Assembly (NCBI GenBank): GCA_030295235.1
Contig: AP026124.1
Coordinates: 1-64,000, forward strand
Reading direction: 5' to 3'
DNA: 64,000 bases
Source of the DNA: Fistulifera solaris
Taxonomy: Eukaryota
Shown here in pieces: positions 10,678-22,011 of this stretch; position 1 is the stretch's first letter, and each line of letters begins with the position of its first letter. Below the pieces are notes generated by a model, which was given only the letters and a program-made list of their open reading frames with translations, was not told where the DNA came from and did not search any database. Made by a program: the position numbers and the translations under genes.

Positions 10678-13349
10678 TTATCCCTCAAACTCATACTCCT
10701 CGTCCTCGCTCCCGTACCATAGAGGATCACTCACATTCTTGTCACGGACTGCTAGAGGCAATGGCTCGCTGTCGGACTTATCTGAGAATATTTCTATGAC
10801 ATCTAGCGAGACCTTAGCAGGTTTGGCTTTGACATTGGCTTTCTTGGCTCGCGTAGCCTTTGACATGGGTTTGTTTGATACTTTCGTTTTTCTTTTTCGC
10901 TGCAGACTGCTGAGCCGGTACCTTTCTTTTCCTTGTTGTTAACCACGCACCATCAGAAGCAGAAGTTTTCCTTTCTTTCGGGCGGGTCTTAGTCGAGGCA
11001 GGCTTTAAGCTTTTCGATTCCAGATGCTTTGGAAGTGAAACCGTTACCTGTGGATTAGGTGATTGCAAAAGACGATGACCAAGGGGTCCTAAAACAACGT
11101 AAATGATAGTGCTGCAACACAAGTATTGATTGATGAGTACAAGGTTGCCTTGATCTCTCTAAAAGAAGGACGAAAGCAGAAGAAGCACTTACTCGTAAGC
11201 TGACCACTTGGGTTCTGACTGTATAATGTTTTCCAAAAGGAGTGCGATAATGATTCGTTCGCAGTCATCGGATGATAAATTGTCTTTGGAAGGCGGATTT
11301 TCCTGAACACTGCCGTACCCGATGCGTCAGATTGACTATTGTGCGTCAGTTTAGCCAGATGTCTACTTACCATGGTAGAGCATTCTCTCGTCGTGAACGC
11401 CAATCTTTCAGAAGCATCGCCGGAGTAACACTGTCTCCTTCTTGTTGTCTGTGATGTAAAATCTGCAGCAAAGTTTTTGCATGCTTTCCAACTTCTCTGC
11501 GCTCCGAAGTGATACCGTCATTGCGTAAGCATATCTCTTGAAGTGAGCTCCCGGGGTCAGGTTCCCCGAGATGCGTCATTAATGTAGCACGACAAACAGC
11601 ATCATTTCCGTTCATTTGACCGTAACGAATCATGGGCCACACCAGTTCTTCGCCACTCGATCCATGTACCATTTTCAACATACGCATTACGTCCTTTGGT
11701 CAGAGTGTAAGAAACATAGAAAAGCGTGAAATAGGAGCATTCAAAACGATTGAACTCACCTTTGGGCTATAGTATAAAACGCAGTCAGTTGGTGATTGGC
11801 CATCTCTCCCAGCTCGCCCCGATTCCTGATAATATGCTTCCAGCGTCTTGGATATGCAATGGTGCAGAACAAAACGAACATTCGGTTTATTTATGCCCAG
11901 CCCAAACGCGATGGTAGCGACAACGACCTGCGTTTCATCTCGCATCCAGCTTTGATGAACGTACTCTTTCTGCGTTTTCGAAATGTCACTGTGATAGGGC
12001 CGCGCAACCACGCCTAATTGGCACAGCTCATCCGCGACGGCATCCGCATCTTTGCGCGACAGCGTGTAGACAATTCCGGGACTTTGTGGGTATTTTGAAT
12101 GAATGAATTCTGCCATGGCTGCAGTGACAGAACCTTTTCCTTCAGGTTTGGGTACGACGGAGTACGTTAGATTGGGTCGGTTGGCTTTGGATCGAAAAAA
12201 TTGATAATCGTTCATGCGCAATATGTTACAAACATCGTCTCGGACTCTCTCTGATGCGGTCGCTGTCAATGCCAGAAGCGGAACAGAGGGAAAATGCGCC
12301 TTCAATACACCTAGCTTGGTGTAATCGGGCCGGAAATCGTGTCCCCATTGACAGGCACAATGACATTCGTCAATGACGAAACGAGCTAGTCTACCTTGTG
12401 CATGCAATCGGTCCATTTCGCTGCCCAGCTTGTTGGACTGACTAATTTTTTCGGGCGTCACGAACACCAAACAAACCCCTCCTTCAGGATCACGCACGCG
12501 GTGCCATCGTTGTGCGTGCTCGGATGACCCTATACCAGATGTGAATGAAATGGCGCTACCGGGCTGGAATTGATTCATCTGTTCTTCTTGATCTTGAATC
12601 AGGGATAACAGAGGGCTGACAACAAAAGTGACTTTGTGCTGCTCAAGCAACGCCGGTAATTGATAAGTAAGGGACTTTCCGCCTCCTGTACGCATCAATA
12701 CAAACACATCACGCTTACTGAGAGTCGCATTAATGATTTCTTTCTGATGATCTCGAAAAGAAGGAATACGAAACTGCTTTCTTAGGACATCAAACATTTG
12801 TTGCGACCACGGGAAGTTTTCATCGTCTCGCCAATAGTCGAGTGGGTCGATCGTTGACGAAGCTGTAGCTGTAGTTGTTGAAATAGTAGCAGGACGAGGA
12901 CGTTGTAACTCGAGCGGGCGTAATGGTGGATTGATTGTCAAAGAGGGAGGTGTCACTCTTTCTGTATGTTTCAAGGGTGACTGCGTGGATGGTTCAGGTA
13001 AGACTTCGTCGGGATGTTGCGTAAGTCTTTGTTGTTGCGTGATCGAGGGTCTTTCCAGTGAAACTTCGTGATGATCGCTATCTTCGTGCTGTTGACGAGA
13101 TACAGCGTTTTGTACAGTTTCTGATTTGATATGACGACCTTCTGAATTTCCAATCAAAATTCTCTCCTCCATCTGATCGATATCTTCGTCCAATTGTACA
13201 AGATCTTTCTCTACGTTTTTCATTTCCATCAATAACTCCTTCATTCGCGCCTCCAGCAAAACCTTTTGATCGAATAGATCTTGCAGCCTTTGACGCTTAC
13301 TGTTGCGTTCTTCTTCCAGAAGCGATAACTCTATTACTTGTTGTTCCAT
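10678..13349 (-). CDS. RecQ family ATP-dependent DNA helicase (RECQ1-like); three introns (11759-11694, ~11370-11310, ~11193-11113); probable indel in A-run near 10887-10897
   Basis: TGGGKSL, VSPLLSLIQDQ, DECHC, WGHDFRPDY, LTATA, ATIAFGLGINKPNVRFV, YYQESGRAGRDG, followed by an RQC/winged-helix-like region (W-S-A-Y hairpin). Confidence 0.93.
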
Positions 13350-13703
13350 TATGAAATAAAAGTATGCAAAACAAACATGAACGGCGAAAGACAATGACAA
13401 AGACAAAGAAGCTTGAAAGAGGCGCCATCCGTCCTCGAGAAACGATATGCGCTTTGACCGCGTGCTTGTGTGTCGAGAACACGAGTCACGAATTAATATA
13501 TAAGTAACCGAAGCGACAAGGCTTCGATGACAGTACGAGATTGAGTGCTGTCAAGTTTTCCCTCGACCTACCGTATGAGCTAAGGGGATGTTTATGAGCT
13601 ATGATCGTTATAGAGATATTACGCATCGTAACGAACAAGCCACTTCCAACCGAACATCACTAATAATCTATCGAAGCTTTAGTTTATCTATCACGTTGTC
13701 ACA

Positions 13704-15037
13704 TTATACTATTTCGGCATCGTTTCGTTTTTCCCCTGTTAAGCGTGTATCCGTGTCAAGAGTGGCATCTAGAATGGCTTTACGTTTCTTCTTGGCTTTG
13801 ATTTCTGATGTTCGACTTGGAATTATTCCGTCCTCTTGTTCCAGTAGTTGCACTATCTCTTCAAAGTGCACAACAATATCGCGAAAGGAAGGACGCTTCG
13901 CAATATCAGTTGCCCAGCATGCTTCCATGAGACTCGACCAAGAATAGGGCCACGATTTGTGCGGATTGGGGCGTTGACCCTGTTGAACTACTTTTTCATC
14001 GTGCATCCGCTGGTTGTAACCTGCAAAGGGCGTTTGCAGCGAACAAATCTGCCAAAATAAAACACCAAACGAGTAAGCATCAACGGTCTCGTTGTAAGGG
14101 CGATCGAGTGCAACCTCAGGAGCCATATATCGCAGCGAGCCAGTATTTCCTGTGAGTAAATAACAGCCGTTTTCATTTTGTGCGATACCATCTAATCGTT
14201 TGGCCAGTCCGAAATCGAATAATTGAATTTGCGGATCTACACTATCCGTGAAACCTAAATTGTCGGGTTTGAGGTCGCGGTACACGATGCGGTTGGCATG
14301 CAAATATTCAATCGCTTTGGCAGTATCTCTAGCGACATGCAATCGTTCTTTCCACAGGGCGTGTAGTTGAGGCGCTTTCGCACAGCAATAGCCACACAAC
14401 GGAAACCATGTACCACTTGCTTCTCCCACTAACTTTCTCCAATAATTGAATTTCTTATCCAATGTCCCACTCAATCGATCTAAAACAATAAAGAAGCGAC
14501 TTTCTCGCGGATCAGTATTCGCCATGGCCCTCATTTGAATAATATGCGGATGCGACAGTGTGCGTAAGAAATCAGATTCGATCGCCAAATCCGTCACTCC
14601 TTTAATGTGTTCTTCGACTGGTAGATCCGTGCGTAACATTTTTAACACGTATGCACGAGTCTGGTTAACTTCGCGAGCTAAATCTTTGCGTTGTTGTGTA
14701 TCTGCTTCGTCCGTATCGTTGACATCATCCAAATCGATTGCAACAATCTCCGACACTGTCGAGAATCCGCCAGTACCGATGGATCTGCCTAATTTGAGGA
14801 AATAAATAAAATGAAGGAAGGTGAGAAACTATCTCAGTGAATCAAGCAAGCGCGATTCAACACGCTTCCATTTGTGAAGCCGAAACTTACCGCATGTTAT
14901 CTCTGTAAGTGTATAATCAATTCAACATTGTTTGAGAATCACACAGGGAAAGCATGCAAAAGTTTATCATAACGAAACTCACCAGAGAATGCAAATTGCA
15001 CAACCTTTCTTGGCCCTTTCTCTTCTGTCAATATCAT
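13704..15037 (-). CDS. Ser/Thr (TKL-like) protein kinase; exons 15037-14983, 14902-14891 (12-nt micro-exon), 14788-13704; start codon tentative
   Basis: Spliced N-lobe FAFSEITCGRSIGTGGFSTV; YVLK; YRDLKPDN; DFGLA; TGSLRYMAPE; DAYSFG; CW...RPSF. Confidence 0.9.
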
Positions 15038-15285
15038 ATTCAAGTCGTCTGAAGGCTGCTGATAAAGATGACTGTAATGATTCCACTGATAACGTCGCAC
15101 AGGATTTCGCGGTGTTTTTCGTTTCATGCACAGCAAAGACGTCTCTAAAGGATGTTAGGACCGGCAAACGCTCTCTCAGTGGGTCTCGTGACGTGTCTTG
15201 GTCGTATCGACTCAGTAAAAATGGGCCATCATTGCGCCATAGCGATTGGAGCCGCATGATCAGGTACCAGTACTTGTACCAGGTG

Positions 15286-15930
15286 GCAGTCTGCTGTCTT
15301 GCAGCATGTTGCGTCTTTTGTTGTCTTTTTGTCAATGCTTAGCCCCAACTCTAACGGTTGTAGCTCAGGCTCGTTAGCGTTAGGGACATTCGTGAGTCGG
15401 AAAGTGAGACTGAAAACGGAATTCTGCTAAAAATGCCCGATTAAGGTTCTGGCTTCTCAAGAGCGTGAAAAGCGTAGCATGTACGGACCCCCTTGCCACG
15501 AACGCAGACGAGACTTCACTCCCCTGGTCTTTTCCATTGACGGAATGATGGGACAACAGGCTATTTCAGCATCGAGACAGCTTGCAAGAAAACTTCAGCG
15601 GAAGTGGAGCAGTCTGCTGTCTTGCAGCATGTTGCGTCTTTTGTTGTCTTTTGTCAATGCTTAGCCCCAACTCTAACGGTTGTAGCTCAGGCTCGTTAGC
15701 GTTAGGGACATTCGTGAGTCGGAAAGTGAGACTGAAAACGGAATTCTGCTAAAAATGCCCGATTAAGGTTCTGGCTTCTCAAGAGCGTGAAAAGCGTAGC
15801 ATGTACGGACCCCCTTGCCACGAACGCAGACGAGACTTCACTCCCCTGGTCTTTTCCATTGACGGAATGATGGGACAACAGGCTATTTCAGCATCGAGAC
15901 AGCTTGCAAGAAAACTTCAGCGGAAGTGGA
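15286..15930 (+). repeat. Tandem direct duplication, unit ~323 bp (15286-15608 and 15609-15930)
   Basis: Both copies read GCAGTCTGCTGTCTTGCAGC...CTTCAGCGGAAGTGGA. The only difference I saw is one T in a T-run. Confidence 0.95.
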
Positions 15931-16225
15931 ACAAGCCATACTCCGAGATCTGTGGCTTCATCCGGGCGCGCATGAGTCTTTCCCTGGTCAGGTCAGTTAG
16001 TATGCTTCTGCGAAATCCAAGAGAAGGAATGCCAAAACGGAATCCCCCTCATTGGGAAACGGGCTCGGGACTGGCCCTCTACTAGCGCACTAAGGCTAGG
16101 GAGTTAGAACCAACGCTTACTCATTGAAGTGTCAGACTGAAATATATGTGAATGAAAAGTGGAAAATTCAGTCGAATGTCAAGATTAGATTCTGACGATT
16201 AAAAAATTAGGAATAAAATATATAT
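15431..16225 (+). mobile_element. 5'-truncated non-LTR retrotransposon fragment (CRE-like restriction-like endonuclease C-terminus plus putative 3' UTR), partly duplicated
   Basis: KVLASQEREKRSMYGPPCHERRRDFTPLVFSIDGMMG..A..LARKL.RKW.KPYSEICGFIRARMSLSLVR resembles the C-terminal half of RLE-type (CRE-clade) retroelement ORFs as I recall them. No RT domain. Stop at 16085, AATAAA at 16212-16217, then ATATATAT. Confidence 0.75.
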
Positions 16226-16672
16226 GTGGCTTCGCTACCGGTTGGGGTACTGTTTGACGAATGAATCTCGAACATCACCTAGTTTTCCTTACCTCTCTTT
16301 GAGTAGTGACATCGGACGATAGACAACAGACAACAGACACCAGACAACGCTTGACGCTTGCGCTATTGGCTTGTGGTGGGCGTGTGGGAGACCGGTACGG
16401 TACCGGTACCGGTACCAGACACTTGTAACTTGTAACAGGTACGGGGTACGGGATAGAAAGGCCCATCGCTATTGCTCAAGACAGAAGATTCAAAGTGCCC
16501 AATCCGTCGGGAGAATTTGTGGTTTGTACTTGTAATTTGTAACTGCTCCCCATATACTCCTTTGCTGCTCCTGCGCCAATGAAAACGAAAATGAAGCGCA
16601 CAATCACAACAATAGGATAGCACCCTGCAGTGATTCGTTGATCGTTTTTGCTTTACCTGGTACCTATTCAAC

Positions 16673-16927
16673 ATGCAGTTACCGTCAATAATGAACCCGC
16701 GATTTGCTGGAGCCAAAAACATGCCCGGCGCGAAAAGGAGAGCGTCGTTGGGTCTGAAATCATCTTCGACCACTCTGATTAGAATGAAGCCGCCCATACC
16801 ATTTGCGAAAGTTATCGTAACTGCAAACAGTGATGACGACGAAGATGATCGATGGAACTCTGCATCATCTTCCGAGTTCTCTTTGGATGCTCCGCCGTCA
16901 CCCCCTAAACGTAGTGTATATAGTTGA
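16673..16927 (+). CDS. Small hypothetical protein (84 aa) with C-terminal RW...DxPPxxPxR motif
   Basis: ATG in CAACATG context; single-exon ORF; low-complexity acidic stretch then DRWNS...DAPPSPPKRS. Confidence 0.55.
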   Translation: MQLPSIMNPRFAGAKNMPGAKRRASLGLKSSSTTLIRMKPPIPFAKVIVTANSDDDEDDRWNSASSSEFSLDAPPSPPKRSVYS

Positions 16928-17609
16928 TCATCACCGGAAATTTACTGATTCGGCTACTTGTGTTACGGGCACCTTTGAAAGCGTATTTAAAAGTCAGGAG
17001 TCGGAATTTGTGAGCTGTTCGTTCTGAGATCAAAACTCTGGTTCAATAAAACTTTGGTCTCGAGACCAAACTTAAATTTTAAATTGTGTATTTGCATAGA
17101 TTCATAAATATCCCTAATAAAGCCGTTTTTTATTGCACATGCTAAACTGTTGGTCCGTCGTCTTTTAAAACTCTTTCGAGGAAAAAGATTTGGCAACTTG
17201 CTCGAGAATTGTATTTGCATTACTAATTTCTTCTTTTTGTTTGAATGCTTCAACGGCATACAACAAACCTCGTTCACAAGTATTCTTTATACCGGTATGC
17301 TGTAGTCTTTATTGCATTTAGAATTCATTAACTTTCGACTGAAAGCAGAATGATCGATTTCTTGATCGTGACTCAAGTACGTGGATTCATTCCCGTAAAC
17401 AACTATTACGATGACAGTAGCCAGTTTGTCCGCGACGCGGTGCCGTTGAAAACGAATAAATTCATCATCGAATGCCACCATGGAGATCACTTAACTTTGC
17501 ATCGTTAAGAAACTATTAGCTAACTGCTCGCATTGCCCATTCCCTATCGTAGAGGATCAGCGGAAAGGGTTCGTTATGCATCAAAGATAGAAAACGCACG
17601 TTCATTGTG

Positions 17610-19367
17610 ATGATTCAATTCATTTCTTCAAGATCTCCGGTGTTACGCCAACGATCGCTTTCCTTTTTTGCGGCAAGAGCGCTTCCCTTTTCAGCGGCAG
17701 CAGTAGAGCCGCAGCGACTGTTTAGTCACGAACGATGCTTTCATTCTGATCAAAAAATGCATAGTAGCGAGGAAAATCATGCAAGCATACAGAAAAAGAA
17801 GCCTCGATTGCAAGTTTGCATTGTGGGGCCACCCAACGCGGGAAAATCTACTTTGTACAATCGATTATGTCGCCCTTCTCGTCGACGACCAGCTCTAATC
17901 AGCCCCACTGCCGGAACGACTCGCGATACACTACAAGCTGAAGGACAACTGGGAGGGCTGATCTTTGATATAATGGATACTGCCGGCTTGACTCGAACGG
18001 CGCAAATGGCATCACTCCGTCCCATACGTGCGGATGTGATCCTATTTACTCTGGATGGGCGAGAGAGGGTGACTCGATCTGTGCAAGAGTGGGCTCGGTG
18101 GTTACGACAGTCCTATTTGTCATCTAGCAACGATGATACGAGAATTCTGGTGCTGTGCAATAAACTCGAACACATGACCACACACCGGGATGATTTTGAT
18201 GAACACTGGCATGAGTGGCTCTCCTTAGGCCTTGGTGAACCTCTGGCTATTTCAGCCATCCACGGAGATGGGTTGACTGATTTAGCTGTCATTCTTGGAG
18301 AAGAACATGAGAAGCGAATGCATCTTAACGAAGATACAGCCAAACAGCGCAGCCACGACGAAAAGGATGAAAAGGATGAGGGTGATGACAAACCTCTTAT
18401 CATGGCCATTCTTGGTCGCCCAAACGTGGGTAAATCAACCCTGGTGAATACCTTGTTCGGTGCGGAACGTGTTTTAACAGGACCGAACCCTGGAGTAACA
18501 CGCGACGCGGTGACGATTCCGTGGCAATGGAAAGACCATGTTATACATTTGGTAGATACAGCGGGTATACGGAAGCCACAACATACATGCAAATCACATT
18601 CTTATAGCGCGAACGATTCGGCTTGGTTGGAAGAACAGGCTGTCCAAGATGCATGGAGAGCGTTGCAGTTTTCGCATGTTGCAGTGTTGGTGCTGGATGC
18701 AAACGCGCGACAGCTGACTCAACAAGATCTTCGGATCGCCGCGGCTATCGTTGAAGAAGGACGTGCACTGGTAGTGGTGGTGAATAAAATGGATACATTG
18801 TTGGAAGAAGATTACTCCGTTAGAAATTTAGAAAAGGATGTTCGTGATCATCTCGAATCGCGATTCCCTATGCTACGAAAAACACCGATTGTTGTGCTAA
18901 GTGCCCTGCATCAAAATTCTCAGGACATTCAGAAGGCGCTTTTACCTGTAATAATTCGTGCCGAGCAACGATGGCAACGGAAAATAACAACAGGACAATT
19001 GAATCAATGGATGGCCGAAATCCAAAAAGAATATACATCTGGATCAGATTTTCCCAAAATCAAGTATATGGTGCAAACGAATACAAGGCCACCAGCGTTC
19101 GTCTTGTTTACAAATCACGTGCCGGCGAACGATTCTTATTTACGCTATTTAACACGCCACTTCCAAGATACGTTTGAGCTCTACGGCATGGCCGTTCGTT
19201 TGTTCTTTCGGACAAGCAAGAACCCATTTGTTTCTCCATCAACCACAAACAAGTCAGCACGCGGCGGTAGCGGTTTAGGGGGACGAGCAGCTCGTCAAGA
19301 GCGCAAAGTAAAGGCACTAAAGAGCGGAGAGACAGGCAAGCGTCGTAGACGAACCAAGCGCAAATAA
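17610..19367 (+). CDS. der: Ribosome-biogenesis GTPase Der/EngA, organellar (likely mitochondrial)
   Basis: Two tandem G domains (GPPNAGKST/GTTRD/DTAG/NK and GRPNVGKST/GVTRD/DTAG/NKMD) plus a C-terminal KH-like domain (KIKY..Q..TRPP.F..F.N). Basic, Ser-rich N-terminal presequence. Confidence 0.93.
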   Translation: MIQFISSRSPVLRQRSLSFFAARALPFSAAAVEPQRLFSHERCFHSDQKMHSSEENHASIQKKKPRLQVCIVGPPNAGKSTLYNRLCRPSRRRPALISPTAGTTRDTLQAEGQLGGLIFDIMDTAGLTRTAQMASLRPIRADVILFTLDGRERVTRSVQEWARWLRQSYLSSSNDDTRILVLCNKLEHMTTHRDDFDEHWHEWLSLGLGEPLAISAIHGDGLTDLAVILGEEHEKRMHLNEDTAKQRSHDEKDEKDEGDDKPLIMAILGRPNVGKSTLVNTLFGAERVLTGPNPGVTRDAVTIPWQWKDHVIHLVDTAGIRKPQHTCKSHSYSANDSAWLEEQAVQDAWRALQFSHVAVLVLDANARQLTQQDLRIAAAIVEEGRALVVVVNKMDTLLEEDYSVRNLEKDVRDHLESRFPMLRKTPIVVLSALHQNSQDIQKALLPVIIRAEQRWQRKITTGQLNQWMAEIQKEYTSGSDFPKIKYMVQTNTRPPAFVLFTNHVPANDSYLRYLTRHFQDTFELYGMAVRLFFRTSKNPFVSPSTTNKSARGGSGLGGRAARQERKVKALKSGETGKRRRRTKRK

Positions 19368-19457
19368 TTTAGCTCGCTAGTTATTATACGTACACCATGT
19401 ATTTGCATCTAGAGAACACTCGATCTTGACCGCGTCGTTCTTCTCCTTGTTGCTTCA

Positions 19458-20138
19458 TTAATAATAATGTCGCATATCATGTTCGCCAGGTGCTCGAGGC
19501 ATACGTATTTGCCTTGCCGGATGGTTAGGCTGTGTTAACACGGGCGTTGCATCCAACAGTTCAGACATGACGCTGGTCGGACTTGACCTTCTGGCGAGAG
19601 CAGCGCGACCAGCCTCTTTCTCACTCGTGACATTAGGCGAGGACTCGTCTGTAACGGCAAAGGCATCTGCCGTCCCCATTAACCGAGCCCAGTTTCTTGC
19701 ATCTTGTGAAAAAGTTTCTGATAACCGAGCCAAAACTGTCGCTCGATAGTCGTCTTCTGCGTCGGCTAACTTCATTTGAGCGCGCAAGACTGATTGTAGA
19801 GTCCTTTGTCGAATATCGGCTCGCTTCGCCGCATACTCAGCATGAATCCATCGTTCTAAACCTCGTCGCAAACCTCCATGACAAGCCCAGCGATTCAAGA
19901 CTTTCTGTGTTTCCTCGCAAGTTTTGCCATACAAATTCGTAAACAAAGAAGAATAGCCGTGCTTGTTGGATTCTTTCGCTACAACCATCGCTTTCCGCTT
20001 AATGTGACTTAATTCACATGCTTGATACCAAATATCGTGCGGAGATACAGTCGAATGATCTAAAATAGCATTGCTCGAACAAACATCGTTGTTTGTAGTG
20101 AATTGTATGCGTCGTTTGTATGTTTTCGTTTCGATCAT
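19458..20138 (-). CDS. Hypothetical protein of a diatom-type 'RRIxF...WY...RGLE' family
   Basis: 226-aa ORF with KRRIQF, DIWYQACEL, RRGLERW and ARLMGTADA. Confidence 0.7.
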   Translation of the reverse strand: MIETKTYKRRIQFTTNNDVCSSNAILDHSTVSPHDIWYQACELSHIKRKAMVVAKESNKHGYSSLFTNLYGKTCEETQKVLNRWACHGGLRRGLERWIHAEYAAKRADIRQRTLQSVLRAQMKLADAEDDYRATVLARLSETFSQDARNWARLMGTADAFAVTDESSPNVTSEKEAGRAALARRSSPTSVMSELLDATPVLTQPNHPARQIRMPRAPGEHDMRHYY

Positions 20139-20660
20139 AATAGTCTCTTGGCTTTTTAATGGTGTTTGTGTGCACTTGAATGATTCCAGTATGATATTTG
20201 TTTACAATAAAACATCTTTGGCTTGGTTTCTTGTAATTGCGAGAGCGAAAAGGCTACAAACGAAGCAAAAGCAAAAAAAAAAGCGTTGTGGGGACGGGGC
20301 GGGGGAGCAAAAAGCGCAAAGTGGCGGCAAGCGGCAAAACAGGTGCTCCATGCTCCCAGTATGAAAGAAGATGTATACGGACTCCAAATTGGTCGTGGAT
20401 TTTATTGACGAGTTCAAGTTCAAGAAGGCCCAAAGAAATGTAAATTCAGACTTGGTCGTAAAGTATTTTTCGGCCAGCATAAAAGGGATGTCGCAGTGAA
20501 TAAAGAATAAAGTGAATACAAAGACCTACTCGATGTCACCAAAAGCCGAATGAAACGTATGTCAAGGACCTATAATTGACGTATGTGGTAATGATTAAAT
20601 GATGAAGTCGATCGATCGTGTACAAGGTACTCCATGTATAACCTGTATTCTCTTTCAGCG

Positions 20661-21179
20661 ATGTTCACCAAGAGCAGAATAAAGATCAAATATTCTGTAA
20701 GATCCCTTGCTTTGGCTTGTTTGATATCGCGAATGCCATTTGTCACTCGTGTTCTAGCACAGCCTGACTATTCAGGCCCTAAATGCACAGGGGAACCATC
20801 CAACGGCTGCAATTGCATCAACAGTCTTTGGGAATGCCGAGACGGCTATGACGCTTTGACAACGTGTTCACATGGAGCATGTTTTGTGTCACTCAAGGGC
20901 GAACCGACGTGTGGAGAGTCGTATTTGTGTCAGCCGTGTACAAGTGATGATGATTGCTTGGCGCCACAGTGAGTCGAAACACAAAAATTCCGAAACCATG
21001 AAGCGCAGCTCACTTGCATTCTTCTTCCGTTCCTTCTCTGTAGTGAGGTATGCGTCTGGTACGGATATGCGAATGGGACCGAATGTGAATCAAATGGATA
21101 TGATTGTGCTACTCAAGGGAGCCTTTGCGCGAGTACAGTACTATTCGCCTTCCAAAAAGACGAAGGTGATTCAAGCTAA
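20661..21179 (+). CDS. Small secreted cysteine-rich protein (paralog A); intron 20969-21043
   Basis: Signal-like N-terminus. Spliced reading CTGEPSNGCNCINSLWECRD...C...C...GEPTC...C.PC...DC..HEVC...C...C...C. The phase-2 intron keeps the frame to TAA at 21177-21179. Confidence 0.7.
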
Positions 21180-21473
21180 AGGATTCCAGAACAACTGAAT
21201 TGTTCATAAAATTCTTACAGAGCCGCGACAACCTGGTATCCCTTTAGTACTTATTAACCGGGGGACCCAAATACATCATGAAGCGACCTATTCCTTGCCT
21301 CAACACGAAATCAAAGAACCACTATCAGATATCAGCCCTCAGTGAGGCTCACATTGAATGATTTTAACTCAGCATATATTTAAATTCCTGTTTGTGTAGG
21401 CTTGATATAAAACTGCCCAGAAAGGGCAATATCTTATAATCACTACCGCAAGTTACTCAACCATGGCTTCCGT

Positions 21474-22011
21474 TTACACAATGCGCGTTGCACACACCTG
21501 TCGGCCTTCCAACAAGCCCGAACAGAGACTATGCGAAATGCGTCCGACATAGATACATGCTTCACTAAATATAGAAAAGATAACAGCAAGCAAGGGTGAG
21601 ACTGAGGATGATAGATGTTAATGGATCAAGCAGGAGCATTTACAAAGAAAGGCAAAATATACACGCTTTTCGATGTTCTTACCCTGCATCGCATTCGCTC
21701 GAGGAAGAACATTCCTTTCCTCCCCCAGTTGCACAAATCGGATCTCCTTCGACAGTCGTAACACAGCCTGCCTCAGGATTTGTTGGGCACATGACAGCAC
21801 TATCCGGATCCCGACAACGGTATTGACTGTTCTCGCAATTGCAACCGTTTTCTTCAGGTCCACTGCAAGCTGGGGCGCGAGGTCCACTTAGAAATGTACT
21901 TCGATCGGAAAACAATGTGTCACGTGCTTGAGAAGTTGCGACCCACGGAAGCGACGCAAGAAACATCATCATGAGCGAGCCTTGCATGGATAGGGCACTG
22001 ATAGTCTTCAT
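21474..22011 (-). CDS. Small secreted cysteine-rich protein (paralog B); intron 21682-21565
   Basis: Signal peptide. CSGPEENGCNCENSQYRCRD...GDPIC...EC....ECDAGEAC...C...C. Same phase-2 intron position as paralog A. Confidence 0.75.

Noticed and set aside
10678..13349. RecQ near a telomere as a fungal-style telomere-linked helicase
   Set aside because: It is an ordinary intron-containing RECQ1-like gene ~10 kb inside, among unrelated genes, and is not part of a subtelomeric repeat.
15286..15930. Repeat as a CRISPR-like array
   Set aside because: Only two long near-identical units, no spacers and no cas genes, in a eukaryotic context.
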